The position numbers were made by a program, and so were the translations under genes. From positions 95,604,001 to 95,668,000 of the forward strand of contig JAGIQG010000006.1 of the NCBI GenBank assembly GCA_024679065.1: DNA of 64,000 nucleotides. Direction: 5' to 3'. The notes under the pieces were generated by a model. The model was not told the origin of the DNA. It searched no databases and saw only the letters and a list, made by a program, of their open reading frames with translations. The DNA comes from Sphyrna mokarran (lineage: Eukaryota). Shown in pieces: positions 27,379 through 39,000 of this stretch; the first letter of the stretch is position 1; the number at the start of each line of letters is the position of its first letter.

Positions 27379-29504
27379 ACCACAGTGCATTATAACATTG
27401 ATATAAAATGGACCAACACTAGCTTCGGTTAGCAGCTTTTTAAAAAATGAATGTTTATTGTTCTGCGGTACAGACACACATATGAGTCATTCACTGAAAG
27501 CGAAAGTGATTCACTGAATTCGGAACAGAAAATTGGTCCCTTTCGGTGAAACTTTAGCTTCCTGTGTTTTAAAAAAAGTGGTCGCTCGGAGATTTGAGGA
27601 CAGTTTTTAGTCGCATTCACAACCTCTGGGACCACGACGTGTTTCTTTTGAGTAATAGGCTGCAGAATTGCAAACAGCTCCATTCTCACACCGAATGGAA
27701 CAGGATTTTGAGATGTTTCCCAGACTTTACGATACAGTTCGCGGTTCATCTTAGTATCTTTTTTTGTCCTAATGCGTTGGTCAACCTCTACAACATCTTT
27801 CAAGAATTGCAATGGGAAAGTGAATGCAAAATCCTAATTCAAAACGATAGTCAGACGCTTTTTCCCTAACATCATTTAAATTCGGAATCAAAGGAATCTA
27901 TCTGCAGATCCATTTTCAAAAATAAAATAAAGCCCCTCAGCAGGACAAGTGTTTAATGAATGCAGGTCGGTTACTAAATGCTAATACTGCAAAACCTGGG
28001 AGTGTTTGAGATAAATCGACCTGTTTAAATCTCCGTGTTTTGTTTATTAGGCTACTCTCAGCCAGAGGGAAAAAAAGTTAAAACGGCAATGGATTAACAC
28101 CTGCACAGAGGGGTAATCGGCGCCGCGAGGTACTTGGTCTCCTTCGATGCTACTTCTATTGGTTTTGGCGTGAAATTGACGTTTTGTAAGTGAGTCAAAA
28201 ATGATGCATTACTTCCTCTTTTTTTTTGCAGTGAATTGATATCAGTAATTGGTATCTCATTTCAGTCTATGGAGCAGAAAATTGATAACTGAAAGAGTAT
28301 TTGCCCGCCTCACCCCCACCCCCCCCCCCCCCCATACATGTCGTTAGCTTTCACTCTGGATCCGTTTAAATTCTTTTTCATTTCCAAGTATGATTTTGAG
28401 ATTTTGATACACTTCATTTTTTAAAAAAAGCCGCGATTGTTTAATGCGAATGAGCACTGATAAGCATAGGTACAATTCAAAGCGGGAATGGGTAAATACG
28501 GAGTGGAATTAAAAAAATGTACGACTTCGATAACAAGAACAGCTTTCTTTTTAAAAATCGATGATGTTTGTTTCGATCTGGAAGTTTGTATGAGCGCCTT
28601 TACTCCACATCACTGTGCGGTAACAATCTTTAATCGATACATGTTTTTGAAGGAGGAAGAGAGACTCCAGCCTGATTTATTCTTAGTAAACCTGTTCAAC
28701 GAGGTGCGATTCTTAAAGTGTGTTTAGTCCCCACTACAATATGATTAGTTCGAGTTGATAAAGCATCTGTTTACAAGCTGTAGGTATAATAACTCTTAAC
28801 ACACCGTGATAGGATGTGTCATTTCATATAACACCGACCAAATGGACAAGCCCCAGCCAACGCTGTCAAGCAAAACTAACGTGCTGGAGATTTCTGCATA
28901 GTCCATGCTATCAGAGCGGACTTCCACTGCTTTACATCAACTTAATCCTCGCCGTTTACATTCAAAAGTCAATGCAGTCGGAGAAAGTAAAATTAAACAG
29001 TTACACGTCGGCCTTATTCAATCTGCCGGTTAAGCTCGCTTGCAATTTTACAGATATATTATCTTTGTTTTGTTTACGAATTTTAATAATTCCTCTATTA
29101 ATGCAACTGACTTTTACCAACGGTGTTCATTACAGAAACCAGGAATATCGCATTTCATTTCGTAGTAAAATCTATTAGTAATTAACGCAATATTGCAACT
29201 GTGTCCGCCAATATTGTCGCTTTCTGTTTAATTGTGGGAATTAAGAAACATTTGCAATAACTTGTTTTTTTTTAATTGGGGGGAAATCGGGGACGATATT
29301 AAAATTAGCTGTGCACGTGTGACTCCATCGTGCTTCTCTGCAAAAAGAGACTTGCTCCGGGTCCGGGGGTGGGGGGGTGGGGGGGGGGAGGGAGGGGGGG
29401 GAGAGTCCTGGTCAGCTTCTGGATCCGGGTGCCCCAAGCACTCCTTACACGCTATCACTCACTAGGAACCGCCAGACAAGCCAGGGAAGGAGCTGCCTAC
29501 TTAC

Positions 29505-29547
29505 TATGCATTGCTGCAAACGGGTCGTGCTTACAGTGGATTTCCAT
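29505..29547 (-). CDS. PAX5: PAX5 alternative first exon 1B, coding part (MEIHCKHDPFAAMH-R)
   Basis: ATGGAAATCCACTGTAAGCACGACCCGTTTGCAGCAATGCATA|gtaagt; 43 nt, phase 1, consensus donor. Matches the known Pax5 1B N-terminus. Confidence 0.95.
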
Positions 29548-30089
29548 GAAAAGGCGCAGCCGGTCTTCAACTCGGAGAAAACCTCGATTTCCTGGTCTGG
29601 ATTTAACCCCTTCACCTATACTCCCAAAAAAAACAAGAGAGGGGTGAGCAGCACCCCACGCAAACCCAGAAGAAGATCTCGATGCCAGCCACTAATTGCA
29701 GCTCCTACGTCTTTGTGATCCACAAGGTTTCGGACGGATTGCACAAGGAACGTAAAAGTTAAGTTTGACAAATGCAATGCATTGCCCCCCAAAAAAGATC
29801 CAATTGCTACCTAGTGACAGCAGGGGATTTTAACTTCGAAATCGTTCGAAACCAGAAAAAAATCCTTTTATGAATTCCAGCTTCTTTTTTTGGCGTTTTC
29901 CTATGCAATTTGTCCGCTGTGTGTGTGTGAAGGCGGGTTCCCGTTTCCCCGGAGTGCGCTGGCCCCCTGCTCTGTATTCAGTCGCGCTCACTCTCCTCCA
30001 TAGTGTTTAAATGTGGCTGAGCCCGCGGTGATTCGGCGCTGATTCGCCCGAGGCTCAGCCCTGCTGGGACGGCGCTCGGCCCCAGTCTC

Positions 30090-30345
30090 TGTCAATCACA
30101 GCACCGTCAGCCAATCGAGGAGCAGTCTTCTTTCCTGCCGACCAATCGCACACAGCAGCCCAGCTTTTTGACCAATCCCCGGGCGAGCTGCTGACTTATT
30201 CACCAATGACACGCCTGTCTGAAACAAGTGACCAATCCCAAGGTCTGCATTCCCCAAAACATTCACCAATAAGCTGCAGCTTTTATAGAGAGCAGAGGTG
30301 GTCTCGCTGCTAATTGGCTATTTAATACAGTATCCTGATTGGTTC
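30090..30345 (-). promoter_or_regulatory. Exon 1B promoter with CCAAT (NF-Y-type) box array
   Basis: CCAAT on + at 30111, 30142, 30172, 30203, 30232, 30266; ATTGG at 30313 and 30338. CpG-rich context 0.55-0.8 kb upstream of the 1B ATG. Confidence 0.75.
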
Positions 30346-33300
30346 ATACTGCTAAATTCTCGAGGCGGGCCTCTTTATTAAAGGGAATTCATTCACATGT
30401 TCAAAATGAATTTAATTTTTCATTTGAATAATTTTAAACAATAATTTTCATCCACAGAAAATCCTTTGGTTTTTTGAATATATAAATAAATCCTTCACTT
30501 TTGCGCTAACTTAAAGGAGCTGTATAACATCCTAGTGTCCGACTTTAGTGTAAATATATTTTTAAATGCAGATGAATTAACCACTGAATGATATCAGTTT
30601 GTTCGAAAGTGCATTACAATACAGCAAAATTAAGACATTGTTCGAATTTTATTTCTAAACAGCTGCCGGGAAGGACTAAATACAAAGCTGTTATAGGGAC
30701 GGGTCGATTTGTATATCAGTGCAAATTAACTATACATAAAGGATCGAGGAGTTTTTTTTAGAAAAACATGATTTTAGGAGCGGTCAGCTGCAATATTAAA
30801 TAATCATGAAATCAAGGACCTTTTACACAACTAACAGGTGTCAAATGTTCACAACTTGCTAACCATTAAATTTGATTTTATATTTTATTTAGCTTTATTG
30901 TGGAGGAAAATTGTGGATTAAATAATATGATAAATGTTTGATAATAATTGAGATTAAATACTTAGCGTGTGAAGGAAAACGTTAACATTTCAACTCAGTC
31001 GATACACTAATTATGAAAGACAAAATCAACCCACTACGATTTCATCCTTCAACTAACGTATTGGTAATGTGAAAGAATCTCAGTGATCATTTACATAGGT
31101 TGAAATGTAATCGTGGCCAAACCTACTGTAAAGGGTAAGTCTCATTTCGTCCCATTTACATTGCTAAATCTCCACCTGCTATTGTGGACCATCCTGGTGT
31201 TGAAAACTAATTTTTCTATACAACTTCAAAGCGCTTGCACGCATATATACAAAAGGGCATTTGCGCGCGTTTAGGGGGTTGACTTCATACTGTATTTGCA
31301 AAGGAACTACCTATAAATTTCCACGAACAATCGTGTTTTAATCAACAACACAATAAACCTCCATGACTATTTATTAAACACTGGGTAAGAATATGTATTA
31401 AATTCAACAATTAAAATAGACAATCATAATAACACAACAGAGATAGCATACTATTCAATTACGTAACTTGAGAATAGCTCCCTTCTCACAATCATGGAAA
31501 CAAATCGACCCGCTGTTTTACCCCGACAATTAGTAAAGAGTTGGAAATAAGTTTTAAAAGTTAAATTTGCCAAAAATAACAAATCAAAAACGCAATCGAA
31601 AACCCAAGTCAAAATTTCATTTGAATTCCAAATGCTACGAAAACAATGGTATATTTTTGACACTCAATATGTCTGTCTGTACTGAAATATCCACAGATAT
31701 TGTCTGAATTGTATAAGAATATGACAATATTAATGTAACAGAAATAAAATGTCACTATCAATTTCCATGGATAATCGTGTTTTAATCAATAACACAAAAA
31801 ACTTCCACTTTTTAGTCCTTGTTTTTGTTGATCTGTGACCTGTTTGATCAATTACTTTTTACCTCATTGCAAAAAAACTTGGGATAATATTTCAATAAAA
31901 GAGAATCCAAATCCAAATTGTATTATTCCAACGGAAGGCTGTGGTTATAAGAAATATTAACGAGAGAGGGGTTTGGTCAAAAAGCTGATTTTCATGGATG
32001 TTTGAAAATGTCTAATTGGAATTGTTAGGGATGGGGATTTTTGAAGCTGCGTGTTGCTGAATTGAGAACAAGTGATAGCTGGGTGCACTTTTAAAATGTG
32101 AATAAAATGCCTTTACTGAGACATTGACAACAAGAACCCAGTAACTGCAAACCTGCTGGCACAATTCAGCGTCTTTCCCTTGATCTGGCCCAGCGTTTCC
32201 GAGCCTACGTTTTGAAGAAATTTCAATCTTCTGATACCGCCCTCCCCCAATTTCAGAGCTTTCTCGGAACCCGCTGTTTACAGTTATCACCTGCGGATGT
32301 GCCTAAATGATTTCTAAGTTTCGAATTTGTTTTCACATCAGCAAGCTCGCCGTTTCCTGTCTAGGAGTTTTCTGACGAGATAACGCGTTACCTCTTGGGG
32401 TGAAATACTGCGACAGTCGATAATAGTTTGAACTTCTCTAAAGTTATACTTTAGAAGGATTAAATCATCTTTCTCTATCTGTGGATATAAACTTGTCAAA
32501 TGAAATAATTATTTCTAGAGAGAAGTGAAATGCAGTTTTCAAATTCTTCCAACTCGTCCACAATGGAATTTGGAATTAGATGAGATTTAAATTTGCCCGC
32601 TAAGCCAGTGCTCTAATTGGCGCTATAAAAAGCATCTTTTCATTTTTTGACATTTAAACTCTGGAGGTGTTTACTGTCATACTTTTCATGTAAGGATACT
32701 GCAGAGATCTGCTCACAGCGGCCCACACCTCTCCACATCTGTGGTGTCCTCATACTGCAAGCTAGTAATGGCGACATATCTCTCTCCAAGTATAGTGGGG
32801 AATATTATCTGCAAAACTCTACACGTAGAAAAACAAGTAACCAAGCCTTGCCTTTCCTGTCACAATGCCCTTGGTGATGGCCTCGAGCAAAGAAAGAGGC
32901 AGCTCTTCACTTTAAGATTCTTATTCATGTTTTTTGGCCAACCTGTGCAGAGTGGGGAGGGGGCAGGAAAGAGGATCATCTCACAGGACTAACCTTGGGT
33001 CAGGCCCAAGCCTCTATCCACAGGATCAGAATGCGCCAGATCCACTGGGAGGGTCTCCCTGCTTCCTACCGTCTTGTCCATCCCCCTCCCCCCCCCCGCC
33101 CCCCACGCCCTCGCCCCGCCCCGCCCTGCAGTATATTGATGTTTCTGTGGTGCAGCGCGGTACCAATAGGTAACATAAGTGCCCCGCGATCTGTGGGTAA
33201 CTTTGTAATAGATGGAGCAGCAATTGCATGATTTAGTCTTACTTTTTATTTGTATCTTTCAATTGAAATAGATTGTGTGAGAGCATTATTGGAGACCTCT

Positions 33301-34224
33301 TTCCCAAGACACATTGCAATGATACAGGTTTAGAATACTCTAGAAATTCCTTGTCATTCTACTGGTCCATTTTACAATGTTTCTGAACAGATTACCTCGT
33401 CGTAAAAGGCAAGGTCAAATTTTTCCTTTGAACGTTATTGACTTATTCACGTGTTGGAAAATATTTAACCATTAAAGAATGTTTAAAAATGCCGTTTAGT
33501 TCATCGAACTAATTCCCATTTGCATGCTGTGTTCAAACAATCTGCTTAAAGTGAACCTGTTAAATGTGATGAACACGTTTGAATCCAAGCTACAATAATC
33601 ATCAATTGGGAACGTTAATTAACTGAATTCTAATCTATACTTTCCGATGTGTAAACATATCGAACAATAACCTCAAATGTTGGATCATTGTGGGGAGTCG
33701 TGCTAACAGACGAAGGATTATTCCGCCTCTTCATTGCCAATCACAGCCTCAACAGAAGAGAAAGTTACTCTCTGACCCCAATCTGCCTTTTTTTAAAAAA
33801 AATTATCCGCTCTAATACAATATCTAATTCATACCAAAGACGATCAGAGAACTTTCACAAAACTTAATTTAACGAAAAATGCCTAATCTCAATTGAAACC
33901 CTGGCGAACAAGTTTGGAATATTGATTCTGAAGACGCTCCAGAGGGGGCTGGCAAAAAGGGGGAGCCGCACTAAATCCAGGTGTACACAGAAATCTGTGA
34001 GGGGCGGCGTTTAACCCGGATTACGGTCCGAGTTTTGCGGGAAGATGGTGGCGGCGAATACTCACTGCGAAGGATAGAAGGAGTAGGCAGAAAGCATAGC
34101 CTGGACACTACTGTAGAAACATTCTAGTCTATAAATATATGAGCTTGGGGTTTGGGATTAGATTTGTTCCTGAAAGGTCAGCGCAGAAATCACGTGTTAA
34201 GATATCAACTTTTGGGAAGTTAGG

Positions 34225-34540
34225 TTTGTATTCATTCTCATGATGTGGGTGTTGCTGACGAGGCTTGTCCATAACAACAGAGTGACTTGTTCGACCACTT
34301 CACACCGCAGTTAAGAATCAGCCATTTTGGTGTGGAACTGGAGTCATACGTAAGGATGTTAGCTTTCCCCCTTTCAACAATATTAGCAACCAGTTGGGGT
34401 TTTACGACAATCCAACAACTTTTTGACTAACTTTTACTGATACTTTCTTTTTTAGATTTTATTTAAAGCTGGGCTGAAACGTGTTGGATTATTACTACAG
34501 ACCTCTGTCATTAGTTTAGCCACTACACTATCTACTGTCC
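34225..34540 (-). mobile_element. CR1/L2-group LINE 3'-end-derived fragment
   Basis: ttcattctcatgatgtgggtgttgctgacgaggc is the reverse of the 3' end seen near 15010. Confidence 0.5.
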
Positions 34541-34959
34541 GCCAATGAACACATGGTAATTCTTAAAGCTCACAATTAAAGGCTATAGGTTTACTGCGTC
34601 TAAAGCGGAAAATGTTTCGTTATGGTTTGGGTCGACAAAAGGTATAACTGAGAGCACAGACCCATTTTTGTTTCTAAAGGTATAATATAAAACCAAACAA
34701 ACCTGAGTTCGGTAGAGAGAACTGTCTTGCTTTAACGAATAGATAAAACAATTTCAGTCTCCTTGCACCTTAACTTTTTTCCAACGACAGCTTGGTGCAA
34801 CCGCATTGCCAGTTTAGCAATGAAATCAAAAGAATTCTAGGCCGCAGTAGGGCTATCACATGAAGGAGTAGAGTCAGTTGGACATAGTGCCAAAGAATAG
34901 CAGAATTCAGGAGCCAGATTGACTATCCGACTCCCAAAAAAGTGCTAAAGCGATTCAAA

Positions 34960-35525
34960 AAGCAAAATACTTTAAAAGTTGCAAAGAAAGCAGAAAATGA
35001 TGGAAATGCTTAGCCAGTCTGGCAGCATCTGTGGAGAAAGAAAGAGAATTTATGTTTCACGTCGATAACCGATACTCACAACAACAGAAAATGCTGTAAA
35101 ATCTCAGCAGGTCTGACAGCATCTGTGGAGAGAGAATAGAGTCAACACTCAAAACATTGGCTCTATTCTCTCTCTATCGATGCTATCAGACCTGTTGTGA
35201 TTGTCTAGGATTTTCAGTTTCAGATTCCCAGTATTTCGCTTTGACTTTCCTTAGAAAGGGCAAACGCAAACCGTTTTCAGCAAGTGAAAATGGCGGAGCT
35301 GAGGACGGGGTGGGATCGTTAAGAAAAAGGACCAAAGGAAAAGTCTGCGATAGTGTGGACAGCAGGAGAGGTTAAACGGCAAAAGGATAATGTGGCAAGG
35401 TCGAAGGGAGCGAAGACTGAAGAAATAAAAGGTGTGTCTAACTAGCACAATCATAAAGAGCTGAAAGGTCAACTTCGTTTCTTTCTCCACAGATGCTGCC
35501 CGACCTGCTGAACATTTCCTGCACT
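34960..35525. mobile_element. Nested/duplicated palindromic Penelope-terminus-like repeats
   Basis: Two direct copies of cagaaaatg...cagcatctgtggaga, and inverted copies at 35160-35240 and 35480-35520 (tctccacagatgctgcc). Confidence 0.65.
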
Positions 35526-35627
35526 ATATATGTGAGGTGCACTGCACAAAAACAGGCCATACGTCCCTACAGGTGAATAGGCTCCACTCGAGTCTCCTCT
35601 TACCGAAATCTACCATGGAAACCATGG

Positions 35628-36085
35628 TAGGTAGCGTGGCGGCACAGTGGTTAGCACTGCTGCCTCACAGCCCCAGGTTCGAGTCCTCAGTCGTGTCCTG
35701 GTCATTGTTTGTACAGAGTCTGCACGTCCTCCCCATGTCTGCCTGGGTTTCCTCTGGTGAACATAGAACACTACAGCACAAACAGACCCTTCGGCCCACA
35801 AGTTGTGCCGATCATATCTATACTTACCAAGCCACAGACCTATCTGTAACTCCCAATCCCATTACATCCCATCCAGAAGTCATCCAGAAGTCTCTTAACA
35901 GAACATAGACTCCGGTTTCATCCCAGTGTCTAAAAGATGTGTTGGCTAGGTGCATTGACCATGTTAAATTGTCCCCCAATGTAGACGAACAGGCGCCTGA
36001 GTGTGACAACTAGGGGATTTTCAGAGTAATTTCATTGTAGTGTTAATCTAAGACTATTTGTGACTAATAAATGAACTTTAAAAAA
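35628..36085 (+). mobile_element. HE1/V-SINE-like tRNA SINE interrupted by a CR1 3' fragment (35759-35908, minus)
   Basis: Head ggcggcacagtggttagcactgctgcctcacag and V-domain-like gggtttcctctggtg|ctccggtttc split by the insert; tail gtgactaataaa. Confidence 0.85.
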
Positions 36086-39000
36086 AACTTTAAAGCTTTC
36101 TTTTTCCTTTTCTCTCACAGGTTTCTTCTCACAGTGTTTCCCTGAAATGCATCTATGCTATTTGCCCCATCCATTTTCTGCCAGCAAGTTCCGCCTTCTC
36201 ACCATTGTTTCGTAAAGAGTTTTTTTTTCTGAATTCCCATTGGATTTCTTGGTGACTACCTTATATCAATGTCCTCTAGTTATGCTGTTCCACACAGTGG
36301 AAATATTCTCTCTGTATCCACCCCACTAAACCTTTCAGCATTTTAAGTACCGTTCTATTCGACCACTCCTTAGCCTGTTTTTTTCTTGGGAGCAGAGGTC
36401 TGCCATTTTCTTGATGTGTTAAACACATGCATTTCTACTGAGGAGCTGTGAGACCCACTCAAGATTAGGCACAGAGGAAGTATTGCCCCAGCTCAATGGC
36501 AAGCCACATTTTCAAAGTGCTTGCGGCCACTTGAAGTCAGTGATAACTTCGCAAACGTATCATTGGTTTTAAAGTAGTCATTCTCTCATGGGTTCACATG
36601 GTAATAAGATGAGCTCTCTGTGAAACTCATGTATGTGTCCAAAAAGCCCTTACACCACCTTTGTCCCTAAATTCATCACCAGCTGCAATGTAACTGCGGT
36701 CGATAATATGGAAATTGTATTCTTAAACACGCTGGTCTAACAACATCCATGTAATCCTCAAATTATAATACAAGCTGTATAAACAAAATTTCTCTGCAGT
36801 GCTCTAGAAACTTATTTAAATGCACTCTGCTCACACAAGGAAACTACAGGCCCTCTCTTCTCTGAACCTGTTTCAGTGCAAGTGCACCCTTAGCAGTGAC
36901 TATCCCGCAGAATGTGAGAGCTGGTTCTTGCGCCACTTCCGTTTCCAGTTTGGATACGTGGATCGAACGCATCCTCTCGAATTTTCCTTGAAAATCTCAG
37001 GCGATAGCCCACAATAGAGGGAGGGAACCGCAGACCAAGATCATTGTGAAGATTACAGCTTTTGTGTGGAGCTGTACATTGGAAGCTTCGACAGAGGGCA
37101 CTAACTCTCGCGAACTTTCTCCTGATCCAGCTCCACTTCCTACTTTTTTATTTCTTTGGGCGCTTCCCGCTATTCTTCAAGTTCATTTTTCGGGCGTTTT
37201 TCTCAAATTTCCATTCACCTATTGCCTCCGTGATTTCGTATTTCTCAACATATTGCTGTCCGTATCTCTGATAGTTGAATTTATTATATTTGTTTTTTTT
37301 TAACTTTTTAATGGATTGCTCGGCCGCATTAGTGCCCTGGGGTGCATTTTAAACCCCTAATGAAGCAAATTAATCCCTTCTTGCACCTCTATTAATCTGT
37401 TCAAAGATTAGTGATGGCAACATTCAGATTAAACAGTTATACTTTACTGTCGACTAACTAGAGTCACAATAATTTTGAAATAATTTACGTCTACGAAAAG
37501 TTTGAAATCAAATGAATGGGGCAAGTAATAGTCAAATATAAGTTCTGTGCAGAAGCAAAATGTTAAATTTTAGTTATTAGCATTGCCAAATGCATTATTC
37601 ACAGAAGCGACCACAAACGCAAACTACGAGGTTTTAACTGTGATGTCTATTGACAGCACCTAACTGAAACGGTGCTGGAACCAAATTAAAAGCACGGAGT
37701 ATTTCAGCAGTGCAATTCCCAATGAGGTTTTGAGTCTCACTGTGCAATATAACTAATACTGTCCAATCAGCATGTTCTTTTCCTTCGTGATTCTCTTTAA
37801 CTGAAACATAGTCTGTAAAATTAATCGAGAGACTTTATTCTCATTGAAAGCATCCCAGCGTCAAAGGATGTGTATATGTATGGGGGGGGGGGTATGGGGG
37901 GAGAGGATGCTGCCGGTAAAATGCCCCCAGAAATAAAAAGCAGTGGTAATCAGATATGGCTGGCAATCCTAGAACTCGGGTCCCAGTTTGGAATGTGCCC
38001 GTGAACAATGATTTCATTTGTTACTTTGTAACATTGAGTTGCAACGGAATCAGCATTAAACAGCAATTCTCCCAGCTTTTCCCGTGTAACGACAAAAGTC
38101 GTTTTGCAAGTGGCTGGTTGTTCTGGTCTGGCAGTACGATTTGGCCCTGGTAGTCCTGTAATTCACTCAGATCTACACGGGAAACACGATGAGAAGAATA
38201 GGTTGTATCAATCACCAATGTGTAACTTTGCACGCCGCTGTAATCACCGCACTGTATGGCTCTGATGTCAGATCTCTGATCTACTGTGGTGTCAGTCACC
38301 TACTAGTTACAATATTTCAAATTGGGCTTCAGTGGAACAGATACAGAGGATGAATTATGGAAAGAATTGTGACGGAAGATAATACATCTATCGATTCTCC
38401 TTGTATAATACACAGCGCACTTCTAAAGGTCTGGCTTACTCTTGTGTTTTCCTGTAGCCTGACAGGTGACTGACACTTGTGACCTGGCAAATCTAATCTT
38501 TCTACATCATGAAACATATAAGGCCATTGATTTAAGTGTGACATTTCAGAAATTATCCGTGAATGTGAAGGTGGGGGAAATGCGATCGTCGTCGTCGGGA
38601 AGACCGCGAGAGGCTGTGCCCTGCTGGAATGTCCAACTCTAAACATAACAGTGTCTTCCACTTTCTTCTCTCACTTCCCTTCACCACAGTTTACACTGTC
38701 TTAATCTAAAAAAGATACAGAACAATTTCTGATTTGCACCATAATTTCCACTTGAAGGAAAGTGCTCTTCTTCCTGCGCTCCTACTTGGCTGCTTTAAGT
38801 CTTGCAGGTGCAGAAAGTAAAATCGCACTCTTCGATGGGGTGAGGGCAAGGTCAGGACGTTCCCATCTTCAGTAATTGCTGAAGTTTCTTTTCTAGCGTT
38901 TAGGTAGCCTCTTGTGCTTAAAATGACTTTTCTCCTCACGGCCTCTGGAGAATATTCCTGCTGCAAGTTTTTTGAACCGGAAACGTGGCAGTCGGCATCC

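Noticed and set aside
30105-30275. CRISPR-like repeat-spacer array
   Set aside because: Eukaryotic locus, the repeat is only 5-8 nt and there are no cas genes; better explained as CCAAT boxes.
35604-35630. Mini first exon MVSMVDF-G with perfect Kozak, good donor and a 9-bp palindrome
   Set aside because: Abuts a SINE head, has no promoter context, and 22 nt is easily produced by chance.
38021-38661. Two adjacent protein-like minus-strand ORFs (92 and 110 aa)
   Set aside because: Non-ATG starts, no recognisable domain and no splice context; intronic to PAX5. A tBLASTx search would settle it.
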